NCBI GenBank assembly: GCA_010015585.1
Contig: ML975191.1
From: Eremomyces bilateralis CBS 781.70
Taxonomy: Eukaryota
Length of the DNA stretch: 41,700 nt
Reading direction: 5' to 3' (one strand)
The notes under the pieces: generated by a model
Told to the model about the DNA's origin: nothing
Databases searched by the model: none
The model's input: only the letters and a program-made list of their open reading frames with translations
Made by a program: the position numbers and the translations under genes
In this document: in pieces, positions 24,878-38,400 of the stretch
How the letters are laid out: every line of letters starts with the position of its first letter
How positions within the stretch are numbered: position 1 is the stretch's first letter

Positions 24878-25077
24878 TGTGAAGGATCGAAGATTGAATT
24901 CAGTCTGATGCCTTGGGGCCTTGGGATGTGGATGCCTTACGGCCTCACGATGTGTTGTGGTCACCCCAAGGCCTACTGAATATTTCCCCTCACACTTAGA
25001 TCTCCCTTTCCCCTTGGTAGATTGATTCTAGTATATCACGAATCACAGAGTTTTGCCTCATTCTTCGTGCCCTGACA
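24878..25077 (+). mobile_element. Solo LTR (200 bp) with TSD CTGAA
   Basis: ctgaa at 24873-24877 and 25078-25082; related to 16853-17056. Confidence 0.9.
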
Positions 25078-26563
25078 CTGAAGTAGCTCGCGAATAGGTT
25101 ATAAAGCGGTCAGGAAAGCGGTAAACTACAGATATAGAGATTCGATGTGCTTTTATTAATAAGAAGACTAGTATCCAATATCCTTGGACGACCTTAGATT
25201 TATTACGGCAGACATTTACTTCGAATATGCAGTAGTATCTTAAAAAGTACTCTATCTATTCCCCTCATTCTTAAGATAAGCCCCTTCTAAAGAAGCAGGC
25301 AAGCGTTATTAGCCTTCTTACTCGGAAAGAGACCTTATTATACTAACAACTTCTTGAGCGGAATATTCTTTAATGGGTTATCTATGATAAACAAGCTTTT
25401 ACTACCATCGAATCGCCAGCTTTCTAGCAAATCTTTCGAGATATTCTAGGTATCTTACTCCCGTTCTCTTCACGGTCTACCCTACGACGGCGGCTTATAG
25501 AAAGCTTTAATATGCAGCGTCTTTAATTAAAGGAGGAGCTTTCCGTAACCTGCATAACTATTGCCTTGTCTCTTGACATCTGGACGAGCAAAAACCACCT
25601 TCCTATTCTCGGTATAATCGGCCACTGGCTTACGGAGACGTTCGAATATCAGGAACGGACCTTAGAATTCTGTGAACTCCGTAGAGTACATAGTAGGGAA
25701 AATCTTGCGGCAGCTATTAATGCTACTCTCGTAGAGTTGGATCTAACATTAAAGTTGATTATAATTACTGGAGACAATGCCCGTAATAATGAAGTTATGG
25801 CCTTAGAATTGTTCTATACCTTGAACGAAAAATATGGCGCAGAGACGCTCCTAAACGGGCTTCTATTCCGCGGAGTGGACAGCTACATCCGCTGCCTGGC
25901 CCATATTTTGAACTTAATCGTTCAAGATATCCTTCGCGCCTTGAAATCAGGAAGCGTGGAAGCGGCATACACCATCTATGATAGCTTATACGCTGGGGGA
26001 TCTATATCGAGTCAGACAGCATTGTCTAAGCTCCGAATTCTCGCTCTCTAGATTAACCGGAGCCCATAGAGACGGCAGAAATAGAAAGAAGTCTGTTAAT
26101 TCATGAATCTCTTAGAAAAATTCATTGAATATGATGTAGAGACTCGTTAGAACTCTACCTATCGAATGTTAGATGACGGGTTAAAAGCAAAGGCTTAGAT
26201 CAATCGATACGTAGCCCTATAGACGGAGATACCTTCCTTTACCGCCGAGGAATGGCAGCACCTGTCTCAGATTCATCAAGTACTGAGCAAGTTCAACGAG
26301 CTCACCCTGTTCGTATCAGAGCGAAAGCCACAGATCAGCCTTACCGTCCCACTCTATTATGAGCTATATGATTTACTCAATGAGGGGTCTGAAGCTCAGG
26401 GAGTCTTTTCGGGATTAAATCGTGATATTACCCAAGCAATCAAGGAAGGAATAAAGAAATACGAGAAATACTACACCTTTATAGATGAATTAGATACCTA
26501 CTACACTACTCTAATTCTAGATCCTCGGGTGAAAGGAGACCTAATCCTTAATAAATTAGAGGA

Positions 26564-29500
26564 AAATTTTTTTGTTAAAGCAAGGAACATTTTTCTGCAA
26601 AACAGCCCACAACTTGGAAATTAGCTGAGATTATGATCGTAATCGATTCTTCACACTTCATTCAATTATAATCAACTATTGCAGCCCTCCCAAATAATGG
26701 TTAGAGGGCGCATGAGGGGGAAAGGCCCGCAGGCCAAAGACGCGTCCCCGACGCGTCCCCAGCAGGCGGACCACCCACGACCCAACACCCGCAACGGAGT
26801 AGGAGAACAAAATGGACGGATAGATGAGGGGCGGATACTCCAAATTATGGAAAACTATATAAAACTCGCGTTAGAGAGCTGCCGTGGATAGGCTAGGGCG
26901 GGGTCGCTCCGTAGAGTTCTTAAGGCTTACCTAACGCCCGTTCTCCGGCTTATTCCGGAGCTAGCATAGAGAAAGAGTATAGAAAAGGCGTAGGCGGGAA
27001 CACCCGCCAGGGACCCAGCGATGGGTCAAATATTAGAGCGTCTTAGACGTATTAAAGCTAGAATCGCGAAAGACCGCGGTCGCCTAGCCGCGGCCCTAAC
27101 CACCGAGATACGAACCTAGAGTAAGATCGCCGTAGGGGGAAAGACTAAGGCGGTCGTTGAAGTGCGCCTCTCTAAAATAGCAGGAGCCGTAGAAGAGACG
27201 ACGGAAGAGAAACTATAGAGAATCAAGAAGGTAATCCTAGACGCGAAAGCGATTATCCCCCACTACCGGGCAGCCGGTAAGGTGTCGGTCGTGGTTCCTA
27301 CCACTACCCGACGGGACTAGATTATCGCTACTAGAATCGCTGGGGATAACGGCATTAAACTGATCCGTCGCCCGAAGCTACTTATAGTAATAGGTATCCT
27401 AATTTATATATAGATTATAACCGGTAAAAGTAAGGGGAACACCGAATGGGCGAGATAGATGTCGAACTAAAACGCTGTTAAAATTGAACGAATCTCCTGG
27501 CTCTATAAGAAAGAGAAGCTAGCGGCTATCCGGAATGCTGGGTCACAGACGAAGGGATCAATTATTATCGAGGTGGCTACCGAAACTGACGTGATACGTC
27601 TTATTAAGGACGGCTTCCTATATAGCGCCCTATGGCTCCCAGCTAAACTATGGGACGTTACTCTCCGGGCGATCTAGTATATCCGCTGTTAGAAATAGGG
27701 CCACACGTAGTCCGTTTATAACGCGGATAGCGACACCTGTGGGCGCTGCGCAAAACACTACCCTATAAGGGGATATATAATACAAGACCTTCAAGAGGCA
27801 AGGTGCGCAGGGTGTAAGAAACCTAGGCACTTTGCCTAGATAACCAGAAGCTGCGCGGTATATAAATCCTTCGTAGCTGGCCAGCGAGCTACAGAAAACC
27901 GCCTTAATGAAGCTACCCTCGCCGTCTACCGGGGGCAAAACCAAAACCAAAACCAAAACCAAAACCAAAATGTCACAACCTACCAGTTCCGCCACGATGA
28001 CGATGGATATATTATTATTAGCAACACCTAGAAGCGGAGGATGGCGGGACCTGGGAGGCCCTTAGGAATCACGGTAGCAGCCCGAGCCCCAGGGCAGCAG
28101 CGACTCTAGCTCTCGGCTAGTTAACTAGAAGACTTTATATCCGGCATTAGTACTTCTACCTTTACGATACCTACCGGAAAGGATATAACCGGAGAGGACA
28201 CGACATCTACCGGAAAGGATATAACCGGAGAGGATACGACACTTACCGGAAAGGACAATACCCCTAGTACTCAATGATAGGGACCGGCATCCTCTAATAT
28301 AACTACGGTAATGCGAACAACGATAAGGCTAGGGCTACCTTCGACTCGATTAACCCTACCCGGTTCCCTATACTTGCAATTCAGGAACCGATGGTCGCCG
28401 AAACCAAACCAACAGTCACCTATACACCAAAGAATTTTCGCCCAAGCCGACCTATATACTACGGTATACGGGTCGTCTTCTTTATCCACGATAAGATCCT
28501 TCTTACAGCTTGGGAATCAAAGCGAGCCTCCGACCACATCGAATGGATCCGCGTTATAACGCGTGACGGACCCCTCAACCTCGTTAACGTATATAATCCA
28601 CCAGGGCACGTAGGCCAGCCACAGCTTAAGAAGTGGCCGGAGATCGCAGAAATTCTCTGCGAAATTGGCCAAGAGAACGTTATCCTCCTAGGGGACTTTA
28701 ACTACCATCACCCAGCCTGGGGTAGAACCGGAACCCTAAAGGAGCTAAAGGTAGACTACCTACTCCTCTAAACCGAGCAAGCTAACCTCTAGCTCCTTAA
28801 CGAGTAAGGGGTAATAATATAGAAGCGGAACTAAAGCTAGTCGGTCATTAACCTAGCCTTTGCCTCGCCGGAGATCGCCTTACGGATCCTCCTCTACTAC
28901 CTACGGCCGGAGTAGTCTACTATAAAGGACTACTTTCTAATCGAGATCTAAACTAGATGCTAAGGTTTCCTTATACTAGACGAGCCTAAGGTTTATACTC
29001 AAGGATGCCCCGTGGGAAAAAATCCGGGAAGATGTCTCTAGCTCCTAGTGGTATGTACTAGAACCCTATACTGCGATTAATAACCTTATTAGACTTCTTT
29101 ACGGCACCTTAGATAAGCACTATAAACGGGCGCGACCTTGTGACTAGTCTAGACCGGAGTAGTCACTATAGGCAGCAGAGTTCCTAGCTGGCGCCCGCTA
29201 GGCCCGACGCCGGCTCTAACGGACCTAGGACCCGGACGACGAACGAGACTAGAAATACTAAAGGAATGCCCTAAGGAGGAAGATGCGTAGTAACGGCCGG
29301 ACGAGATAGAGAAAACTTATCTAGACACTTACTAAAGACGAGAATTACCCGGACTATATATATAACCGAGGGCTCTAGAGACTAAATAAGTAGAGCCAGA
29401 AGACCGCTAGGTAACCCGGTAGGCTTATAGCTATCCTACTACTTAGGCGCACGGAGAACGATCCCCCGACGGGAGATAACTAAGGGAAAGTAGAGATCCT

Positions 29501-31850
29501 TGCTACAAAGTTCTTCCCACGGAGCGGTGCCGCTGACCTCTAAGATATAACTAACGAATAGTTCCCACGATTCGATATCGGGCAAGAGGTTACCCTAGAT
29601 AAGATTACCCGGATTATCCGCCGGCTACCGAACTAGAAGGCCCCCGGGCCTAATATGATCCCGAACGAGGTACTAAAGGCCCTCTCTAATATCCTAGCCG
29701 TAGACCTAGCCCGGACGGTTACCGCTCTCTTCCGAAGCGGGGAGCTACTAGCAGTTCTAAAGGAATCTACTACGGTGGTACTAAGGAAGGACAAGAAAAA
29801 GGACTACTCTCTTCTAAGCAGCTACCGCCCTATTACTCTTAAAAACACGGTTACAAAGCTAATCGAGAAAATCCTCGCAGATCGACTGATCACTAAAGCG
29901 GAAATACGAGATCTGATTCCCTAGAACCAAATAGGAGCTCGAAAGGAGAGATCTACTCTCTCCGCCCTAGAACTCCTTACCGGGACTATATAGACGGCGT
30001 AGCACGTAAAGAAGTCTGTAGTCTCTATACTTAGGCTTGACCTTGCTGGAGCTTTTGATAACGTCTCTTACCCCCGGCTGCTCTAGGTCCTTCGTCGGAT
30101 AGGATATCCCGAATAGATTATCTAGATAATCGTATCTTTCTTAACCGGACGGCGAACAAAGATTCTCTTCTCGGACTTTAAGAGCCGCTAGTTCGACACG
30201 GAGACAGGGATCCCGTAAGGCTCTACCCTATCACCCGCGCTGTTTATCCTATTCATATCTGACCTACTGTATCAGTTTAAGGATATTTAGGGTAACGTGC
30301 TCGGGTTCGGGTTCGTTAATAATACTACACTGGTTACCTAGGGAGATACGGTAGTAGCTAACTGCCAACGACTAACTGCGGCCTACGATACTTACCTAGA
30401 ATAGGCGTCACGGTTCGGGGCTAAATTTACCCCGGATAAGTACCAGATTATCTACTTTACCAAGAAACGTAATATTTCCGCTAATCTCCGGTCTACGATC
30501 TAAATATAGGGACATTAAGCTAAATTAGTTATATCCCTCCGGGTACTAGGAGTTTAGCTCGACCCTTCCCTCTTATAGAAGGACTATATCCTCCGGGTAA
30601 TATAGAGGGGACTTAAGGCCTTCGACTCCCTAGCGAGGGTAACTTCATCGGTATAGGGACTATCCGTCCGGAAATCGAGGCTGCTCTACATAGCGGTTGC
30701 ACGGCCTATTATGACATACGGCGCCCCTATTTGGGGAGTCTATTAGCAGGGTAAGCCAATCTCTGAAGGCAAAATGAAGGACCTAGCCAAGGTTCAGAAC
30801 AAGTGTCTACGAAAGATCCTAGGGGCTTACAAACGGACACCAATCGCCGCGCTTAAGAGAGAGGCGGACGTTCCCCCAATCGAACTCTACGTCTAAGAAC
30901 GGGCCGCCCAAAGAGTAGCATCGACGAACACCTACAAGATCACTACCCAGATTAAGGGAGCCCTAACGTAAGTCTAGGATACTACTTCTGCTCCCCCGAG
31001 ACGAACTCGAGGCCGACCCCGCCGTATCCGGTCTAAACCTGAACCCGCGATAAGTACGCTTCGGACCTAGTATAATAGACTTCTATTCCCCCGGCCCGAA
31101 CTAATTAGAGGATATTAGATATAATAGCGAAAAGGCCCGTACCGGATAATCTAGGACGAGTATCGAGCGAAATAGAGGGAGAGATAGTAAGCCGAAGCGG
31201 CTAGACTAGGAAGGAGAGTAAGGATATAGAAGGACCCGTAGGAAACCTAGTGCCTTAACCGGTACGACGGCCTTTAGAAATACGAGGCCTCGGCGCTTAT
31301 AGTACTACGGACTAAGGTAGTTAGAGTTAAAGGATGGCTCGCAAAAATTAGTATCCCTAGAATCCACCTAGCGTATGAGTACGGTGCCCCCCGATAGTCT
31401 CTCTACTATCTCCTTGTATTTTGCCCGCAGCGGACCGACCAGAGGATCGAGCTCCTCTAACGAGCTGGAACAACGGACTTTAAGAGGATATTGCATAATA
31501 GGGACAAGGTACGCCACGTAGCAAGGTGGCTAATCGATACGGGAGGCCTAGAGTAATACCGGGTAGCTAAGGAAGTTAAGGAGGAGGTAATAGAGGACTA
31601 GAAACCGTTCCAGTTCCTCCACGACGTGCCAGAATAAGCTCTCCGCGTAGGCGGAAACACCGACTCTTACGGATAGATAATAAACGTTTCAGATAGTCTA
31701 CTAAAGGGAGGAGGCGGGATTTTATGTACCCGCAGCCTCAGGGCTACGGGGAAACTTTTGCCCGCGGCAGACCAGATAGAATATCGTGCTCGTAGACCCG
31801 AAAGGGATCCAGATAGTACGTTAAATTGATTCTTATTATTATTATTATTA
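26564..31850 (+). mobile_element. Full-length, heavily RIP-mutated Tad1-like LINE (ORF1 with CCHC knuckles; ORF2 APE endonuclease-RT-Zn finger)
   Basis: NVYNPP and LLGDFNYHHPAW endonuclease motifs; RT region as in 232-2990; (TTA)n tail; TSD (tta)ataaattagagga at 26548-26563 and 31848-31863. Confidence 0.95.
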
Positions 31851-32566
31851 ATAAATTAGAGGATAAAGAGGCTGGGAATCTAATATTAAGAGCTGTCCGT
31901 AACAGTCTTCATTAGAAATATCCACTTCGGAACCGCGAATCGCCTAGAACGGTATTACAGCAGTCGGCATCGGAAATCAAGACGGTAGAATCCCGAATAC
32001 TCCAACGGCTACAGCCTCAAGCGGTTCCCCTTCTGTCCGATATTAATCGGTACTTTGACAGTCCTCGAGTTAGCAATATTAATACTACAGATCCGAATTG
32101 GCTTTGTAACTGGTGGCGAGTATACAAGGATGAACTGCCTCAAATGGCAGCAGCAGCAAGAGAGTATCTACCAATTCCATCGTTAGAGGTGTCAGTAGAA
32201 CGATTATTCAATGCGGCAAGAGATATATTAGGTATCCGGAGATATTCGATGAAGGGTAAAACAATGCGGATGTTAATGTTGATAAATGATCCCTATGCAA
32301 AGCCCTAGAATTCCAGCAGCCAAGTTATCCAAAAATCTTTATAGAAATCAGATTGAAGCTAGTCCTAATGAAGTAGTTTACCGATTCACCGATTTCGCCG
32401 ATATTGACAAAATTTAACGGATAAAATATCGGTAGAATAGAAAGCTGCCGATATAAATCGGCGAATCGTATCCGTAAACCTGAAAGGTTAACGATATCGT
32501 ATCCGTGCCGATATCGTATCCGCAAAATCGGGAAATCCGCCAATCGGGAACAGCCCTATACAGAGG

Positions 32567-32660
32567 GTGAATCCTCACTTAGTACTGTAGATTCCTCCTT
32601 CATAGCAACAATTCAATATTTGCCTCACGATTGGAGACTCCCTACAGTGAGACCCTTACA
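32567..32660 (+). mobile_element. 3' part of an LTR related to 40253-40424; its 5' part probably lies at about 24220-24278, split off by the hAT insertion
   Basis: tagattcctccttcatagcaacaattcaa...gagacccttaca matches 40353-40424. Confidence 0.7.
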
Positions 32661-32661
32661 C

Positions 32662-32842
32662 TGTTACACATACAAATAAATTGCGCCTTACCAAAGGTGC
32701 AATTAACCATAGTACAGTAGGTAGACCGTTTATACACAGATGTAAATAGTAGATCGTAGTACGAGAGATCTTTTTCTTTTCTCTTCAGCAATTCATCAGC
32801 GTTACCAGCTTACCAAGTCCTTCGTGGTTTGGGTCTATGATA
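32662..32842 (+). mobile_element. Probable solo LTR; about 120 bp is inverted-homologous to 38659-38783
   Basis: tgttac...tgata (RIP form of tgaca); shares ggtagaccgttt...gtggtttggg with the 38659 copy; no TSD. Confidence 0.65.
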
Positions 32843-32955
32843 TATTTTACTCTGTAGCTTGATTTGCTGCTGAAATTTGGACGAAATAGCTGGAAATGTA
32901 AAATTTAGAAGACCCTTCGATTGGAACACCAAACACCATACTCCGCTATATATAC

Positions 32956-35027
32956 TCATCCTGTTGAGGCACTGTTCAGGCCGTCCTGTATCCTTCGTCT
33001 TTTCGATGCTCCCTGCCCGTTTCTACCATCCAGTCCTGAATCATCTTCAAAATCTTCAAAATCTCGCCTGGTTTTCCCACGACGCTGTTCATCAATTTCA
33101 AGACATCTCCGTACACCACTCAAAGCGCTACCAACAGCACTTTGATCAGAATATACCGGATCAGAATCCCCTTCCCAAACTAGACCCTCAAGAAGTTCGT
33201 TCTCCCTCATTACACCTAACTTTTTACCATCAAAGCCGTGAGCGATCTGCCAATTATCGAGTAACGCGCCGAACGAGCCTATCTCCTTTCCAAGGCCGAC
33301 CTCCATCTGGGACCAACAGTTTCCTTTCTCGCAGTAAAAGACACTCTCTCCCTCTTTTAAATCAGAAGAAACGAGTATCTCCCCTTTGCGCCGCCGCTCT
33401 TCTTTTCTTTGAGCATTAGCTAAGGCCACTTTGGCTCTGACTTGCAATTTTCCAAGCTCTTTTTTTCGCGAATCTTTGGTCCAGGAGGGGAGTGGCAAAT
33501 CCACATCGTGGCTCAAGACTCGCTCCCACTTTCTACCAATGTTATACATTGAGCTCCAGTCCAAAAGAAAATTCTCTTCGCAGAACTTTTGCCATGACTT
33601 CAGATGGCCAAGCACGAAGGCCCTGTGCTCTGATATAGCCCAATTGTGTATTTGGTCTACTATCGATAGTAGCTCCCAGGCTTTCATTTCCGTAACGATA
33701 CGGCCGCTCCATATTCGCTGGAAGACCTGGAGTTTAAGGGTTAGTTTCTGATTCCAATATGATACAGAACATGAGGGACGTACATAGACCGTATCGCTCA
33801 TATCTTCCCTGCCAGCGAACTCGTTGGGTTCTTGATACCACCAGTCAGTTCCACAAGTAGTAGAGTTGTCTACTCGTGGTCGCCGGTATCCGACTAATAC
33901 ATGCCAATGAGCACCAAATGAAGTCAAAGCGAACACTTGGTACTTGTGGCTAGTAGAGGTTTGGTACACCCTTTTCTCGTAGTTCTCCTTTGGGCCAGGG
34001 GTACGCGCTAGGTTGTCCAGTAGATCGAGATACGTGGCTGCGGCCAGACAAGCCTGTCGGCGCGCGGTACGGCAATCTCCATCCCAGCCTTTGGCCTCGT
34101 AGACTGCAAAAGGAAATGCCAGCTGAGTTCGGCCCCAATGTGGATCGGCCAATAGTCCACACTTTGGGTGCAATAACACCCTCTCTAACGTGTCTTGGTG
34201 TAGCTGCTCAACGAATGCTGGAGATTGATGATCTGAGAATGTGGCCAGACCAAATGTTATATCTGGTATCCGGTGGATTATCTTCGATTCGCCGGTTAAG
34301 GTGCACCGAATAGCATCGGTTTTCTTTTTGAAAGTGTGATACCCATGCTTGTCCCTAGAAGAAACTGTTAGCGCTATTTTTGCAGTAAAGAGGGCAGAAT
34401 TACATCGTCAGATATGGATCATCCCTAATCTGACCGAATACATCAGACCAAGCATCTGCATCCCATGGGTATTCACTCTTTTTCCACAACTCATTGTTTC
34501 TATTATGCTCTGCAAATCTCCTCGCACGTCGCCTGCGATCGGCCTCCCGAGGGTCGTTCCAATTAAGGTCTTCTAGAGTAGGTATCCATATACTGCGACT
34601 AGATTTTACAAACATTGGTTTATAAAACTGGTGATAGTATATTCCTCGTGCATTTAGCGCAAAATCTTTTCTAACGAGATCGAGTAACCCTGGTGGGTAT
34701 TGTATCGTCGGATCGAGGAAGCTACGGGAGTTAGCGGTTTAAATCAATATTAGCGGGTTTATCTTACCGGCCAGTATTGTGGTAGAGTTCTTCAACTCTG
34801 TCCGCTTTCTCTTTATCAGTTCCCTTCATAGTCGCCATATTGACAGTACTAGGACGGATAACCACGTCTGTAACCTTGCACCCAAGGCCATCAAGAGTTC
34901 CATTTCGTTTAGCCTGAATTATTTTCTTTTTCACATCTTGCATGTACTGCCTGTGAAATACTTTGTACTCTTTCTTGGTCATATTTTTAGGAAGTTGTGA
35001 AGAAAGGTCCTCCAAATGAGGTTCCAT
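32956..35027 (-). CDS. Putative PD-(D/E)XK nuclease-like protein, about 639 aa, 4 exons (35027-34768, 34721-34404, 34354-33784, 33726-32956)
   Basis: Three GT-AG introns with ctaac branch sites give an open frame; HRIPDITFGL...FPFAVYEAK followed by ARRQAC; function inferred from motif only. Confidence 0.7.
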
Positions 35028-35480
35028 TTTCTTTGCCGAAACTCGTTATTTGGGAAGCAGAATTATAGAGACGATAGATAAATCCCGAGCTTTTGTTACT
35101 TGTATTACTGACATATTTATACACGGACGTGTGGCAAATCCGAACCTAGACGCTACAGCAAGCGCCCTAAGAAAGCTACGTGGGGAGTCTGGGAGAGACG
35201 TTTCTGCCTAGCGCCACATTACGTCAGTGGTTTTCTTAGACATGGATGGGTAGAGAGTTAGGCAGTAGCTAGAGGGCTAATACGTAGTAAACCTGGCTGA
35301 ATGTCAGGGTACGTAGACGAGCGTACAGCTCACCTGATGTTGGGTAAACCTCGGCAGACATAGGGAATTTTAAGGAACTCCCCTTAAAGCTCACCTTAGA
35401 AATATAAAGCTTAGATCACCTTTTCGACTCTACTGCCAACTTCTGTTTGTTGTTTTTCGACATCGGCAACTTGCTACCGC

Positions 35481-38400
35481 ATGGGTAACATGTTCCATAC
35501 ACGTTCAGAACGTATTCGCATACTAATACATTATAGACGGCTCGGAATCTGGTACGATGTCGACTCCAGACCCTGGAGTCGACGATGAACAGATCCTCGA
35601 CCTGCTAAACGACGAAATACGCATAGCCAATACAGCGGAAGACCAAGGAGACAATGTAATTCGAAACACGTTTAGATCATGTTCCTGTATGCTTATGAAC
35701 ATGTTAGGATGTCCCTCAAGCCCTGACTATGCTGGCGAGGAATTCAAGGCCACCACTTACTACGCTTTTCTTAGAGTATACTACAGTACTTCCAGACTAT
35801 CCTCAAACACATCCAGATGGCTATACATACTGTATAAATCTCCAAGGGGAAGAGCAGGCAGGGAAATGGACAGTAAGCTTAACGAATTCCTAATAGTTAT
35901 ATACTATTAAATACTAAATGTACTTTATAAATAGATTCAATACGGCCATAGGATTCGGTATCCTGCTAACCGGACAAGGATTCCCTTTCTTGGAAATACG
36001 TTCGGGATGAAGAGTCACCTCCAGTGTACTGGTGTAAAGGTTTGCGAATACGTTTCGAACACGTTACGGAACCTACACCATACAACCACGTCTGAAGAGC
36101 TTTGGGAGCAGATTCGAGGATCGCGTACGGGAATTGACCTCACAGAGCCAGACCTAAGGAAAAGATACTCGAATACGTTAGGAACAACCTCTTAACATGT
36201 TCTGAACCTAATACTAACTTGATTAAGTCTCTATCTTGCCGCGCAGAAGAAATTCAATGCGAAGACAGCTTGTACAAATCAAGGCGATAGCTGCAAGCTT
36301 TTATTTCAGCTTAGCCATTACCTGGTATCTTAATATCCTATAATATATCTATGTATCTTAAAAAGACTAATTCATTTAGGATGTTGCTGGTATCTACAAT
36401 CCATATTTTAGATGCTCGAACTCGACTCCAGAAACGCGTTCTAAACACTTTTTTAAAGCGATCGCAACCGACGGGCGTTATAATATTGATCATCTCTGTG
36501 AGTTAGTTAACGAGGGACAGGCGCAAGATCATCCGTCAGAAGAATGCGGTGTCATTGAAGGAAACCAAACCCGGAGACCTACATGCAGTAAGACCCTATT
36601 TCGAACGTGTTTATAATACGTTTCTAACGCGTTCTATAGATGTAGATCACTACCAGGGGCAAGGTAGGCTCGAATCGATAGGCTGCAACGTCAGATTTGT
36701 TGTCTTTATGCCTGAGGACCTTGTAGCAGTACCATATATGCTTTTTACATCTTATGGTACTCATACTCATCCACCACCGCCACCGTCAAAAGCCCCAACC
36801 AAGCTGTGTGACGAGGTTATTAGACTGATCAAACGGACAAGGGACGCGAAGTTAACTCTTGGTAAACGTATTCCTAACACGTTCTGAACATGGTCTAATA
36901 CCGTATAGCGAAATTTATGCAAAGTGAGGCGCTCCGAGACTTCTGCCTACAGTATAATAAGGCTTCTTTAGCAGAAGTCCATCAGAGCTTTGGTAATATG
37001 GACCGGATTTCAGCCCTGATTCGTAAGGAGAGACTACTTCTAAATCCTCACGGAACCCATTTCCAAGGTGTAGTGTTTGAGAAGGGAATACATCATTCGA
37101 TATTCGATTCCAGAAACTGTATGTAATATACTTATAACATGTTCGGAACCGGCTACTAACGTAATAGGCATACATCCAAGAGATTTTTGACGACGGCAAC
37201 GATATCATGATTATTTGTTTCTTCCAGCAGCAGGTCAAGCTTCTATTTCAACAAGATTCCTTCGAAGTTGATATGTCTTTCAAACGGATTCGACAAAAGG
37301 ACATCAATGAGATCATTTTCGCAAATCTCATCCCATCACACGGAAAAAGTATGTCTTATTACGTTCCTAACGTATTCCGAACACGTTCCTAATACTATTA
37401 GTCATTACTTGGGGTCGCATCCTAACGAATATGGATTCCGTCCAAGGCTATCAGTTGGCCTTTGAGCGATTCTTCAGTACCGCTTCGAAAGTAGCGGAAA
37501 CGCCTGTGAAATGGAAGCACGTCCATGAAACCGCCGTAAATTCCTTTTCTGCGGTAGTAATGGATATGTGTCCAAAACAGATGAAAGGTATGGAATTCAA
37601 TTCTATATCCTATAAACTTAATCCTAACGCGTTCGGAAAGGGTTCGGAAGGTATCTTAAAACCGTTGACCCCCAGCGCCGCTCTTGGGACTGGCACGCGC
37701 GCCGGACGGTCATATTTTGCCGTGTCCACTTCTTTCGCAGTATTGAGAAGCTTATCCGGGAAGACGAGGCAGGCTTAACGCTCCGTAGCCGCCTGCGGTC
37801 TTTACTTACGTGTAAGACACGGGATGAGTATTATCAGCTCTGCGATTTGATTACAGGTACGTTCCGAATAAACTGTAAACGAGTTTCGAACAGGTTCTAA
37901 ACGTATTAGAGCACGAACGTGTTGAGATCCAGCAATGGGTACGTCATAAACGACACCCGGTTATCGCAGCAGGTCTAAACAGAGCTTGTTCCGATATGGA
38001 TCCGAACGTGTTCGACAGTGTCCTAAAGCATACAAATGCCGTTGAGCAAGCCGCAAACAAATCATACGCGCCAGGCAAGCGACAAGACCTGCTTATCGCT
38101 ATTAAACAGTAAGAATACGCGACCGGAACATGTTCTATACTTACTATAAATGCGTTTAGTGCCCAGACTAGGGATAAGCGAGATCTCGACCAGTATCGTA
38201 TACGGGAAGACCATAATATGACCCACGTCCAACGGAATACAACGCTTCAAGCCCGATATGAGGAGCAAATGCGCAAAGACAGTGAGTTACATAGTAGTGG
38301 CTCTGTACCAAACAGGTTCTAAACATATTCAGAGCGTATTCAACTCAAAAGACGTAGAGTTGAACCGTCATTGGACCATAACGACGATGAGATCCTTACA

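Larger units (their letters stand above)
24602..32308 (+). pseudogene. hAT transposase, RIP-mutated and split by insertions at 24878 and 26564
   Basis: SLDIWTS; ITGDNARNN; IRCLAHILNL; LDPRVK; dimerisation-domain VSVERLFNAAR. Confidence 0.92.
24279..32558 (+). mobile_element. hAT DNA transposon with 16-bp TIRs and 8-bp TSD TACAGAGG, carrying nested solo-LTR and LINE insertions
   Basis: taggggtgttcccgat...atcgggaacagcccta; tacagagg at 24271-24278 and 32559-32566; dense cgat/atcg subterminal repeats at both ends. Confidence 0.95.

Noticed and set aside
27937..28256. (AAAACC)n run and 36-bp tandem repeat as telomeric or independent elements
   Set aside because: Both have unit lengths divisible by three and lie inside the LINE, at the end of the ORF1 region
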